This document shows positions 1 through 9,062 of a DNA stretch of 39,010 nt, one piece after another. This DNA comes from a virus (lineage: Duplodnaviria; Caudoviricetes). Where the stretch lies: positions 1 through 39,010 of IMG/VR virus record IMGVR_UViG_3300033076_000331. One strand, given 5' to 3'. Every line of letters starts with the position of its first letter. Position 1 is the stretch's first letter. Below the pieces are notes generated by a model. The model worked only from the letters and a program-made list of their open reading frames with translations, was not told the origin of the DNA and did no database searches. Made by a program: the position numbers and the translations under genes.

Positions 1-194
1 CCACCATGTTGTAGGTTAAGCCCGTGCCCTGCGGATTTAGGATGAATAAGTAATAGCTCGACGTTACCGCTATTCCAACGATCGACTGCATCGTTATCGT
101 CCAGCGTAACAGCACGAGGATAATGACGCCTAAGCTCTGCCAACTCCTCCTTATAATTGTAAACAAGTATGGTATTAGCATGTTGGTTTTCCTC
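1..194. repeat. Terminal direct repeat, copy 1 (matches 38817-39010)
   Basis: Positions 1-77 and 177-194 are identical to the end copy; 25 substitutions and no indels in 78-176 (manual alignment). Confidence 0.95.
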
Positions 195-1130
195 AAGTAG
201 ATCGTCTAATAGGTCGAACTTGTGACTGCTAAACCACACCGGCGTTTGCGTTGTCTTAAACTGACCTGGCGTTGCTGTTGGTGTGACAGTCGTATCATAG
301 ACCCAGCCACCAGCCATCTGCTGTAATTTACCAGTCACTACCGCAGCGTTCTGCGCAACAACTTCGGCTGATGGGAACTGCACAACAAAGTCGCGCTTCA
401 TTTTCTCATATAGCGTGCGATCCATGTCGCAGCGCATCTCAACAGTATGTAGCTCTGGCAGCTTGTCTTTATACTCACCCGCTTCTAGCACGAAGGTCGC
501 AGGCTTGATCTTAGCCATCACGTTCTCAAGCGCTTTAGGTCGTGGCATCCACTCACCGTATTCAGGGTTGATCGGTATGAAGTAGGTCTGCATGAACGCG
601 CCCTTGCTACGGCCTAACAGGTTCTGGTCGATAATCTTGCACTGTCCGAACACATCCTCAAGCCCGTTGCTGGTGAATGATCCTGTCAAGCCCCAGCGTA
701 TCTTTATCTGCTCAATGACTTTGAATAGCGCCTTAAAGCGTTTGCCTGATGGGTTCTTGAGTTTAGTCAACTCGTCAAACACGATGGCATCAAAGCTAAA
801 CTTCTGCTCGGACAACCATTGCAGGTTGTCGTAATTGATAACGACTATCGGCGCAGACGAATTGATAGCCAGAAGCCGTTGGGCTGGCGAGCCGACAGCC
901 ACAGATACATCCATTTGCGCCCATTTCTTAGCCTCAACAGGCCAGACATGTTCACAGACGCGCTTAGGCGCAACGACTAGAAACCGCTTGACATGCCCGT
1001 CCTTGACCATCGCCTGCATAGCTGTGAGCGAAGTGGCTGTCTTGCCTGCACCCACAGGCGCAAGCATCATCGCTCTGTCGTTAGCGTATAGGAAATCGGC
1101 AGCAAGTTCTTGGTAGGGTCTTAACCCCAT
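1..1130 (-). CDS. SNF2-family (SF2) helicase, 5' portion; continues across the circular join into 38816-38618 (about 442 aa in total)
   Basis: Missing from the ORF track because it runs off the window edge. Manual translation from ATG at 1130: MGLRPYQ...APVGAGKT (Walker A)...FDEL (Walker B)...GLTGS...HPKSAGHGLNLQHGG. Lies downstream of VRR-NUC, as is usual. Confidence 0.93.
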   Translation of the reverse strand, partial: MGLRPYQELAADFLYANDRAMMLAPVGAGKTATSLTAMQAMVKDGHVKRFLVVAPKRVCEHVWPVEAKKWAQMDVSVAVGSPAQRLLAINSSAPIVVINYDNLQWLSEQKFSFDAIVFDELTKLKNPSGKRFKALFKVIEQIKIRWGLTGSFTSNGLEDVFGQCKIIDQNLLGRSKGAFMQTYFIPINPEYGEWMPRPKALENVMAKIKPATFVLEAGEYKDKLPELHTVEMRCDMDRTLYEKMKRDFVVQFPSAEVVAQNAAVVTGKLQQMAGGWVYDTTVTPTATPGQFKTTQTPVWFSSHKFDLLDDLLEENQHANTILVYNYKEELAELRRHYPRAVTLDDNDAVDRWNSGNVELLLIHPKSAGHGLNLQHG

Positions 1131-1711
1131 TGCGCCGCCATTGCATCAGCGATGCCTTGATAAGTAGTTGATCGCAACTTCCAACGATCTTTAGATGGCG
1201 GCAATTTATTTTGCCCACTAGCTGTTTGATTACCGCGTCTAGTTTTATCATCGCCTTCTAGTTTATTAGTAGGAACTAATAAAGGTAAATTCTTTAGCCA
1301 TAAACAAGTTTTTTTGCTGGCATCTTCGCCAAACCACCAAGGTTGTATAATCTGATCTGGCTTGCGTATACGGCTGCTAATAACACTGACTGGATTTTCT
1401 AACGCGATACGCCCGATTGGTGCGTTCATTAACGTCTGCACAAAATCTAACGCATCCTCTGTCAGCTTAGGGTCGCGCAGTCCTCGCGTTGTCCAGTGCA
1501 TACCACTTACAGATAAGTATGTGCATGGTGGGTGCGCGATCATTAAATCCCACCCATCGTTTATAATGTCAAGAACATCGCCCTTATGGTGCGGTCCTGG
1601 CGAATCTGTAGGCAACAGATCGCACGACATAGCCGTATGTCCGCGTTTAATAAACGCATCGCGTACCCGCCCACTATATTCGCAAGCAACTAATACTTTT
1701 AATGCAGCCAT
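1121..1711 (-). CDS. Short phage DNA cytosine-C5 methyltransferase-like protein
   Basis: VLVACEYSG (degenerate SAM-binding motif I), DLMIAHPPC (motif IV PC), IALENP (motif VI-like). 196 aa; overlaps both neighbours. Confidence 0.7.
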   Translation of the reverse strand: MAALKVLVACEYSGRVRDAFIKRGHTAMSCDLLPTDSPGPHHKGDVLDIINDGWDLMIAHPPCTYLSVSGMHWTTRGLRDPKLTEDALDFVQTLMNAPIGRIALENPVSVISSRIRKPDQIIQPWWFGEDASKKTCLWLKNLPLLVPTNKLEGDDKTRRGNQTASGQNKLPPSKDRWKLRSTTYQGIADAMAAQWG

Positions 1712-1989
1712 TCTAACCCCAACGATTCAACCCATTCGTCAATTTGATGCACTGTCCACAAGCACGCATAAAGTTGGTTCTGCTCCTCCATCTCTAGCGC
1801 AAAGCGCTCTTGTAGCGCAGACAGCCTGCCGCCTTTAGCTTTAAGTTCTATGAACCACACATCGCCATTGGGCAGACACACGATGCGATCCGCTACGCCA
1901 CGATGCGCAGGGCTGGCAAATTTGTACGACCTGCCGCCCATGCGAGATACATGCCAAACTAAATGACGCTCAACTTCACTTTCTTTCAT
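1699..1989 (-). CDS. VRR-NUC domain nuclease (putative Holliday junction resolvase)
   Basis: MKESEVE...GVADRIVCLPNGDVWFIELKAKGGRLSALQ is the typical VRR-NUC PD-(D/E)xK pattern. Start chosen at ATG 1989. Confidence 0.88.
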   Translation of the reverse strand: MKESEVERHLVWHVSRMGGRSYKFASPAHRGVADRIVCLPNGDVWFIELKAKGGRLSALQERFALEMEEQNQLYACLWTVHQIDEWVESLGLEWLH

Positions 1990-1995
1990 GACTTC

Positions 1996-2046
1996 AGCAT
2001 AGAGCATCAAGGAAGTGTTGACAACACCTATCTTGCGGCGTATTGT
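1996..2046. promoter_or_regulatory. Divergent sigma70-like promoter pair with overlapping -35 boxes
   Basis: Plus strand: TTGACA (2018-2023), 17 bp, TATTGT (2041-2046). Minus strand: TTGTCA (2024-2019), 17 bp, TATGCT (2001-1996). Palindrome GTGTTG-A-CAACAC at 2015-2027. Confidence 0.7.
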
Positions 2047-2073
2047 CTCTCTCCATTAACACACGAGGGTAAT

Positions 2074-3207
2074 ATGTCAGCACACAGTAGTATTGTCGGC
2101 GGTAGCACCGCCAAGCGCGTAATGGCCTGTCCTGGCTCTGTTGCGCTAGTTCAAAAGATGCCGCCGCAGCCTAGCAGCAAATACGCCGACACCGGCTCGC
2201 TGCTGCACAATGTCATGGCTTTTATTCTTGAGCTTGACGAAAAGCCAGAAGATTTATTAGGCACAAAATATCGCGGCGTTGTGCTTGAGCAAGAACATCT
2301 TGAAAACAAAATTTATCCTGCGCTGGCGCTGCTTGATGAAGTTGACCCTAATCGTGAGATGGAATATGAAGTCGAGTCTAGAGTTTATTTCGGCGATGCT
2401 TTACCAGATGTGTTTGGTAGCACTGATCTTATCGGTAGGATTGGCGATCGGGCTATTGTTCTCGATTGGAAGTTTGGTGATGGGATTGTTGTGGATGCTG
2501 AAGAAAATCCGCAACTAATGTTTTATGCCGCCTGCTCCATGCGCACTGAGCGCACACGGTGGGCGTTTGATAATGTAAAAGAAATTGAATGTATCATCGT
2601 TCAGCCACCTTACATTCGTCGCTGGATTACAACACCAGAACGTATTGAACGATTCGCTAAAGATTTAGTGATCGCTGTGCGTGCAGCGCTGTCGCCTAAT
2701 GCGCCGCTTGCGCTAGGCGATCACTGCAAATGGTGTGCCGCCAAGCCAATCTGTCCATTGATGACAGGCCAACTCGAACGCGCTGTAAAGTCTGCTGTCA
2801 AGGAGCTAGATGCACAAGGCATCGCTGACTATCTAGCTAAGGCCGATCTGTTAGAAGAATGGATCAAAGACCTGCGTGCGCTTGCGTTTCAAATGGCTGA
2901 GGCAAATCAGCCTGTGCCTGGCTATAAGCTGGTTGCCAAGCGCTCAACAAGACAATGGGTGAACGAGGACGAGGCTAAGGCCAAGGCCAAGTTGCTTGAG
3001 CACCTACCAGAATCTGAAGTCATGGAGTCATCACTGATCTCCCCTGCACAAGCCGAGAAGAAGTTGAAGAAACTGAAACTTGCCTTGCCAGAGGATTCAG
3101 TGGTAGCCTTGAGTTCAGGCAACACGTTAGTGCCGGACTCTGATCCGCGCCCTGCCGTGTTACTCATCGGGCAGCAACTCACTGCTGCTCTTTCTAAACT
3201 AGTCTAA
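2074..3207 (+). CDS. DUF2800-family Cas4/RecB-like PD-(D/E)xK exonuclease
   Basis: GAGGG RBS then ATG 2074. HSSIVGGSTAKRVMACPGS, GSLLH, FGSTD, VLDWKFG, QLMFYA, and HCKWC...CP Fe-S-type cysteines. Confidence 0.88.
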   Translation: MSAHSSIVGGSTAKRVMACPGSVALVQKMPPQPSSKYADTGSLLHNVMAFILELDEKPEDLLGTKYRGVVLEQEHLENKIYPALALLDEVDPNREMEYEVESRVYFGDALPDVFGSTDLIGRIGDRAIVLDWKFGDGIVVDAEENPQLMFYAACSMRTERTRWAFDNVKEIECIIVQPPYIRRWITTPERIERFAKDLVIAVRAALSPNAPLALGDHCKWCAAKPICPLMTGQLERAVKSAVKELDAQGIADYLAKADLLEEWIKDLRALAFQMAEANQPVPGYKLVAKRSTRQWVNEDEAKAKAKLLEHLPESEVMESSLISPAQAEKKLKKLKLALPEDSVVALSSGNTLVPDSDPRPAVLLIGQQLTAALSKLV

Positions 3208-3220
3208 ATTGGAGTCTACT

Positions 3221-3862
3221 ATGTCTAATATCGTTGCTTTTTCTAAAGCTGGCCTGCCTGCCGTTCAAGACCTCGCGTCTACTCTGCGTAAGCTCGAAAC
3301 ATCTCAAGACGTTGGTTCTGTCATCATTAAAATGGACAAGACCGGCCATTGGGTGTTCGGTGCTGATCAGACTGAAGCCGAAGCTGATGCTCGCTGGGCG
3401 GTCAATCCGTTCAGCTTCACTCACGGCTTTATTGCTTGGGGTGACGGTGAAGTGCTAGGCGAGAAGATGGTAAGCATCAGCGAACCATTGCCCGATCTGG
3501 GCGTTGCGCCACCTGCCGCAAAGAAAGGCTGGGAAGCGCAGGTCGGTATGTCATTAAAGTGTATGTCTGGTGAAGATGCTGGAATGGATGCACGCTACAG
3601 CGTGACCTCTGTCGGCGGCAAACGCGCTGTGCAAGCACTGGCAGTGGCTATCGCCAATCAGGTGGAGAAAGACCCTTCTAAGCCTGTGCCTGTAGTGAAC
3701 TTGAAAAAAGAACACTATCAGCACAAGAGCTACGGACGTATCTATACGCCCGTGTTTGAAATCGTTGACTGGATTTCAATGGATGGCGAAGCAAAAGAAG
3801 AAGAAGAAGCTGCGGAAGCGGTGACAGATGCGGGGGCATCAGGTCGTCGTCGTCGTAGCTAA
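3221..3862 (+). CDS. Putative single-stranded DNA-binding protein
   Basis: GGAG RBS and ATG 3221. Occupies the slot between DUF2800 and DNA polymerase. Aromatic-rich strands and an acidic C-terminal tail (EEEEAAEA). Confidence 0.6.
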   Translation: MSNIVAFSKAGLPAVQDLASTLRKLETSQDVGSVIIKMDKTGHWVFGADQTEAEADARWAVNPFSFTHGFIAWGDGEVLGEKMVSISEPLPDLGVAPPAAKKGWEAQVGMSLKCMSGEDAGMDARYSVTSVGGKRAVQALAVAIANQVEKDPSKPVPVVNLKKEHYQHKSYGRIYTPVFEIVDWISMDGEAKEEEEAAEAVTDAGASGRRRRS

Positions 3863-3867
3863 TCTGG

Positions 3868-3895
3868 TGGGGGCTGCCACCCAGCCCCCATTTTT
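3868..3895 (+). terminator. Rho-independent terminator
   Basis: TGGGGGCTG-CCACC-CAGCCCCCA followed by TTTTT, just after the stop codon. Confidence 0.8.
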
Positions 3896-3913
3896 AATAC
3901 ACTAGAGTAAATT

Positions 3914-4771
3914 ATGAATAGAATTGAATTTGGAGATTGCCGCAGTATTATGCGTGCATGGGCGCAACAAGGTGTTAAAGCACAAACTTGTGTTACTAGC
4001 CCTCCTTACTATGGCCTTCGAGACTACGGTCACGAAGGACAAATTGGTCTTGAGCAAACGCCTGAAGAATATATTACTGCAATGGTAGAAGTATTTAGTT
4101 GTGTGCGTGATGTTTTAACAGATGATGGAACATTATGGTTAAACATTGGTGACAGTTATGTTAAAAATAAACAATTATTGATGATTCCTGCAAGAGTAGC
4201 TCTTGCGTTACAAAAAGATGGATGGATTCTTAGACAAGATATTGTTTGGCATAAACCTAATCCAATGCCAGAATCTGTGCGTAACCGTTGCACAAAAGCG
4301 CATGAATATATTTTTCTGCTTTCAAAAAACAAAGATTATTACTATGACAGAATGGCAATAGCGGAACCAGCAATATATGCCGAACAACATGCAAATAAAG
4401 CTACCTCATGGGGGCATAAAAAAGCTGATGCTAAAGTGAAAGGAAATATAGATAAATATAGATTGACAGGAATTGAAAATAATAAAACGTGTTTATCTGG
4501 TGGGCTAAAAAATAAGCGTTCTGTATGGACTGTAAATGTCAAACCGTATAAAGGCGCACATTTTGCAACATTTCCAACAGCTTTGATTGAACCTTGTATC
4601 CTTGCTGGCAGTCGTAAGAACGATATTGTTCTTGACCCATTTATGGGTAGTGGTACAACCGCGCAAGTTGCATTGCAGCATGGCAGGCAATATTTAGGCT
4701 GCGAATTAAATCAAGAATACGAAAAGTTACAGCAAGAAAGAGTAAGAAATGCACAGCTTACTTTGGCTTGA
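3914..4771 (+). CDS. N4-cytosine/N6-adenine DNA methyltransferase (beta class)
   Basis: Catalytic TSPPY near the N-terminus; HFATFP and VLDPFMGSGTT (FxGxG) near the C-terminus. AT-rich relative to its neighbours. Confidence 0.92.
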   Translation: MNRIEFGDCRSIMRAWAQQGVKAQTCVTSPPYYGLRDYGHEGQIGLEQTPEEYITAMVEVFSCVRDVLTDDGTLWLNIGDSYVKNKQLLMIPARVALALQKDGWILRQDIVWHKPNPMPESVRNRCTKAHEYIFLLSKNKDYYYDRMAIAEPAIYAEQHANKATSWGHKKADAKVKGNIDKYRLTGIENNKTCLSGGLKNKRSVWTVNVKPYKGAHFATFPTALIEPCILAGSRKNDIVLDPFMGSGTTAQVALQHGRQYLGCELNQEYEKLQQERVRNAQLTLA

Positions 4772-6698
4772 TTTTGAAACCCGTAGTCGCCGCGATTTAC
4801 CAAATTGCGGTGTCTACAATTACGCACAAGACCGCAGCACCGAAGTGCTGTGTATGTCCTATGCGTTTGACGATGAAGAAGTCCAGACATGGATACCATC
4901 GCAGCCGTTTCCTGAACGCGTAAAAAACCATACTGGAATGATCTACGCGCACAATGCTGCTTTTGAGCGTTTAATTTTCTGGTACGTCTTGCAGATCAAC
5001 TTTAAGCTGGAGCAGTTTTATTGCACAGCGACACAAGCGCGTGCCAACTGTGCGCCAGGTTCGCTTGAGGACGCTGGTCGCTTCGCTGGCGCTAACATGC
5101 GCAAAGATCACAGAGGCGCACAGCTTATTCGCTTGCTGTCTATCCCTCGGCACGATGGCACATTCAACGAAGACCCTGAGCTAATGAAAGAGATGATTGC
5201 TTACTGTGAGCAAGACGTTCGAGTCATGCGTGCAGTCAGCCAGAGCATGAGACCATTGTCTGATGAAGAACTGGCTGACTATCACATTAACGAGCGCATC
5301 AATGATCGAGGCGTTAAGGTCGATGTGCCGCTCTGCTATGCAGCGATGCAGTATGCAGCGAAAGAACAAGACGACATACAACAAATAGTTCGCGATGTCA
5401 CCAACAACGAGATCACCTCAGTACGCTCGCCTAAGATGCGTGACTGGGTGGCTGCACGCTTAGGTGCTGAAGCGCTGAAGCTGATGCGTGTATATAAAGA
5501 TGGCGAGCCGAAACAGTCTATTGATAAGAGCGTTCGCGCTAACTTGCTTGCTATTGAAGACCCTGAGCAAGTGCCACCAGATGTTAAAGAAGTGATCCAA
5601 TGCGCTGATGACTTGTGGGCATCATCGGTCGCTAAGTTTGAGCGCCTGTCTAATCTAGCTGACGATGAAGATGAACGAGTGCGCGGTGCGTTCGTGTTCG
5701 CTGGCGGTGCAGCTACAGGCCGTGCATCTAGCTATGGCGCACAGGTGCACAACTTCACCCGCAAAGTAAATAAAGAGCCAGAAGCCACGCGACAGGCAAT
5801 GGTGCGCGGGCATGAGCTTGTGCCGAAGTACGGCAAGCGTATCACCGATGTGCTGCGCGGTATGCTGCGCCCTGCATTGATCCCAGAAAAAGGCAATGTG
5901 TTTGTCGTGTCTGACTGGAACGCCATCGAAGCGCGTATGAACCCGTGGCTATCCAATGAGCCAGAAGCCGAAGCCGTGCTTGATGTGTTTCGCTCAGGCG
6001 CTGACTTATATATCAGACAGGCCACTGGCATGTTTAATGTCGCCGAGAGCGCAGTCACGCCAGAACAGCGCCAGCTATCAAAGGTCGCGTTGCTTGCTTG
6101 CGGATACGGCGGCGGGCTTGGTGCGTTCACTGCGATGGGTCGAGCTTACGGCCTTGTGATGCAAGAGTCAGAGTCTAAACGTACGGTGGACGCATGGCGC
6201 AGGGCTAACGGCTGGGCTGTGCGCTACTGGCAGAACTTAGAGATCGCCTACACCCGTGCAATGCGCAATGCAAATAAAGAATTTCACGCTGGGCGTGTCA
6301 GCTATATGTATGACGGTCAGCACCTATGGTACGCTCTGCCGTCTGGCCGTATCCTTTGTTACCCGTTCGCCAAACTAGAAACCGATGGAGTTACTTATGC
6401 CAAAGCAAGCTGGAAACCCGATTCTAAAGCAGAAACTTGGCCGCGTGCGCGGCTCTGGAAAGGCCTCGCGGCAGAAAACATCTGCCAAGCAGCCGCCAAC
6501 GATATCCTCAGACACTCTCTCAGAAATATCTCCGGCTGCGTTCTCCATGTCCATGACGAAATCGTCATCGAGTGCAGCGCCGAAGAAGCCGAGAGCAAAA
6601 AAGCAGCCCTTGAAGCTGTCATGGTTTCAGCGCCTGATTGGGCGGTGGGTCTCCCTCTGGCAGTAGAAGCGAAAGTTATGACCCGTTATGGGAAATAA
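4749..6698 (+). CDS. polA: Family A DNA polymerase with 3'-5' exonuclease domain
   Basis: ExoI DFET, ExoII AHNAAFE, ExoIII YCEQDV; TGRASS; motif A SDWNAIEAR; motif B RQLSKVALLACGYG; motif C VHDEI. Confidence 0.96.
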   Translation: MHSLLWLDFETRSRRDLPNCGVYNYAQDRSTEVLCMSYAFDDEEVQTWIPSQPFPERVKNHTGMIYAHNAAFERLIFWYVLQINFKLEQFYCTATQARANCAPGSLEDAGRFAGANMRKDHRGAQLIRLLSIPRHDGTFNEDPELMKEMIAYCEQDVRVMRAVSQSMRPLSDEELADYHINERINDRGVKVDVPLCYAAMQYAAKEQDDIQQIVRDVTNNEITSVRSPKMRDWVAARLGAEALKLMRVYKDGEPKQSIDKSVRANLLAIEDPEQVPPDVKEVIQCADDLWASSVAKFERLSNLADDEDERVRGAFVFAGGAATGRASSYGAQVHNFTRKVNKEPEATRQAMVRGHELVPKYGKRITDVLRGMLRPALIPEKGNVFVVSDWNAIEARMNPWLSNEPEAEAVLDVFRSGADLYIRQATGMFNVAESAVTPEQRQLSKVALLACGYGGGLGAFTAMGRAYGLVMQESESKRTVDAWRRANGWAVRYWQNLEIAYTRAMRNANKEFHAGRVSYMYDGQHLWYALPSGRILCYPFAKLETDGVTYAKASWKPDSKAETWPRARLWKGLAAENICQAAANDILRHSLRNISGCVLHVHDEIVIECSAEEAESKKAALEAVMVSAPDWAVGLPLAVEAKVMTRYGK

Positions 6699-6725
6699 AA
6701 AAAGCCCCCTATTTGCGTAGGGGGC
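6697..6725 (-). terminator. Rho-independent terminator oriented on the minus strand
   Basis: A7 (6697-6703) followed by GCCCCCTA-TTTGCG-TAGGGGGC. The U-tract exists only on the minus strand. Confidence 0.65.
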
Positions 6726-6744
6726 GAGTCACACACTAGGAGCA

Positions 6745-9054
6745 ATGATCATGAACAACTTTGTCGATTTCCTTAAGAAGTTACCCCCTGAAGGAGAGAC
6801 GGCTCTCTTTGTAAAGCAAAAGCCCAAACTTGTCAATGGCGAGCAGCAATTTCACGGCGACGGCTCGCCTAAGTACACATGGCCGCCATTCTTGCCTGAT
6901 GGCTACACAGGTCGGGGCGCATGGTATGGAAATACTGGCAGCTTCATTCTCGACCGATTCAAAGATGGCAAGCTGTCGGCCTCTCGCGATAATTGCACCC
7001 ACGTTCTGGTTATGGTGCTTGATGACATCGGCACAAAGTCAAAGACCCCACCGCTTGAACCAACCTGGAAGATCGAGACCTCAACCGATAACTTCCAATG
7101 GGGCTACGCCTTCGGGCTTGACGATCAGCCGACCACAGGCGAGTTCTCTGCCGCGATCAAGGCGATCGCTGACGCAGGATACACCGACGGGGGCGCAATC
7201 AATCCCGTGCGCAACTTCCGCTTGCCTGATAGCGTCAATCTAAAAGAAGGCAAGGGCGGCTTTAAGTCTAAACTTGTTGAGTTCCACCCAGAGCGCGAGT
7301 TCAGCTTGCGCCAAATCTGCGAGGCGTTGCAGGTCACCCCTGCCGAGGCGGATACCGCACAGATGCAGAGCATACGGCTTAAGGACGACGGGCAGGACGC
7401 GATCTTAGGCTGGCTCAATACTCAGGGCTTGGTGCTGTCTAGCCGCAACCCTGAAGGTTGGTATGGCGTTGCGTGCCCTAATAAGGACGAGCATAGCGAC
7501 GGCAACCCAGAGGCACGCTATCACCCTGTTACGCGCTCGTTTAGCTGTTTTCACGAACACTGCGGCGACTTGACCAGTGCCCGCTTTCTGGCATGGTGTA
7601 CCGAGAACGGCGCACCGCAAGTTCAGACAGGCTTACGAGACGACCTGCTCGCTGCTACAATGACCGACACCCTGTCAAAATTGAAGCCCACCGATATGTT
7701 CCCAGATGAAGCTACCAAACTAATTGAAGAAGTAGACCGAAAAGAGTTAGGACGGGTGGAAAAGGCGGGTTGGTATGAGCGTTTTGCTTATCTGCAAGAC
7801 GATGATGCTTATTTCGATCTCTCAGAGCGTCGAGAGATCGCCCGCTCTACGTTCAATGCCTTGTTCCGTCACATTCCCTGCAAGTCAATTCATGACGGCA
7901 AGCGCCGCGTAGAGGCGAGCGTCTGCTTTGACGAAAACAGGCAGCAGATGGGCGCACGCTGTTTGATCGGCGTGACCTATGCGGCTGGCGAAGATGTGCA
8001 GGTGGCTCGCGATGGCTTGCCTTACGGCAATAGATGGAAAGACGCGCGCCCAGAAGTTCAAGCGGGTGATGTGTCGATGTGGCTGACGCATTTAGAGCGT
8101 ATGATCCCCGAGCCGTTCGAGCGTGAGCACGTTCTAGATGTGCTGGCGTACAAGCTACAACACCCAGACGTTAAGATTAACCACGCGATCCTACACGCAG
8201 GGCGAGCAGGGTCAGGCAAGGACTCGCTTTACGCGCCGTTCTTGTGGGGCATCGGCGGCGATAAGCTGGTGAACGTCTCCATCGTGCGCAACGAGGAACT
8301 TAACAGCGCGTGGGGCTATGCGCTCGAAGCTGAAGTGATGCTGATCAACGAGCTTCGCCAGGCTGAAGCCAAAGACCGCAGAGCGCTTGAAAATAATTTG
8401 AAGCCACTGATTGCCGCGCCGCCTGAACTTTTGAGCGTAAACCGAAAGGGGCTTGCGCCTTACTACGCGCTCAATCGTTTGTTTGTTCTGGCATACTCTA
8501 ACGAGCGTGCCGCGATTAGCTTGCCTTCAGATGATCGTCGCTGGTTTGTGGTGTGGTCAGATGCCGAACGGCTCGACGAAGCAGACAGCCGCAAGCTGTG
8601 GGCTTGGTACAAGTCCGGCGGCATGTCTGCCGTGTGCGCTTATTTGTACGCCCGCGATGTGTCCAGCTTTAACGCTGGCATGACTCCACCGATGACCGAG
8701 GCGAAGCAGGTGTTGATTAGCTTAGGAATGTCTACTGCTGAGTCGTATCTTGTTGACCTGATGCAACGGCGTGAGGGTGTGTTCGCTAAGGGTGTCATCG
8801 GCTCGCCGTTCCACACTGTTTGCGACGCGCTGACGGGCTATGTGCCCGCAGGGGTCAAAGTGCCACAGGCTGCGCTACTTCACGCGCTGCGTGAGGCGGG
8901 TTGGGTGGATCGCGGGCGCATACAGTCGACCGACTATACGACAAAGAAACACATATTTTGCGCCCCTGAGCTTGCCAGCATGAGCAAGTCAGAATTGCGC
9001 CGTATGTGCGAACCCGCGCCAGTAGTCGGCAACGTGATCCCGCTTAGAAAGTGA
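6745..9054 (+). CDS. Primase-helicase (RepB'-like primase domain, Zn-binding region, DUF5906/SF3-like helicase)
   Basis: AGGAG RBS. VMVLDDIG and ETSTDNFQWGY primase motifs; CPNKDEH...CFHEHC; Walker A GRAGSGKD; Walker B-like LINE; DDRRWFV. Confidence 0.88.
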   Translation: MIMNNFVDFLKKLPPEGETALFVKQKPKLVNGEQQFHGDGSPKYTWPPFLPDGYTGRGAWYGNTGSFILDRFKDGKLSASRDNCTHVLVMVLDDIGTKSKTPPLEPTWKIETSTDNFQWGYAFGLDDQPTTGEFSAAIKAIADAGYTDGGAINPVRNFRLPDSVNLKEGKGGFKSKLVEFHPEREFSLRQICEALQVTPAEADTAQMQSIRLKDDGQDAILGWLNTQGLVLSSRNPEGWYGVACPNKDEHSDGNPEARYHPVTRSFSCFHEHCGDLTSARFLAWCTENGAPQVQTGLRDDLLAATMTDTLSKLKPTDMFPDEATKLIEEVDRKELGRVEKAGWYERFAYLQDDDAYFDLSERREIARSTFNALFRHIPCKSIHDGKRRVEASVCFDENRQQMGARCLIGVTYAAGEDVQVARDGLPYGNRWKDARPEVQAGDVSMWLTHLERMIPEPFEREHVLDVLAYKLQHPDVKINHAILHAGRAGSGKDSLYAPFLWGIGGDKLVNVSIVRNEELNSAWGYALEAEVMLINELRQAEAKDRRALENNLKPLIAAPPELLSVNRKGLAPYYALNRLFVLAYSNERAAISLPSDDRRWFVVWSDAERLDEADSRKLWAWYKSGGMSAVCAYLYARDVSSFNAGMTPPMTEAKQVLISLGMSTAESYLVDLMQRREGVFAKGVIGSPFHTVCDALTGYVPAGVKVPQAALLHALREAGWVDRGRIQSTDYTTKKHIFCAPELASMSKSELRRMCEPAPVVGNVIPLRK

Positions 9055-9062
9055 CCTAGTGT

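Noticed and set aside
1-194. Diverged end copies as a DGR template/variable repeat pair
   Set aside because: Substitutions are not adenine-specific, many are synonymous, they lie in a helicase, and no reverse transcriptase is encoded.
592-1116. Plus-strand ORFs of 80 and 93 aa (and similar antisense ORFs throughout the track)
   Set aside because: They are shadows of well-supported genes on the opposite strand, here the SNF2 helicase, and have no RBS or motifs.
2074-3207. Cas4-like nuclease as evidence of a CRISPR-Cas system
   Set aside because: No cas1/cas2 and no array; the DUF2800-SSB-PolA context is a standard phage replication block.
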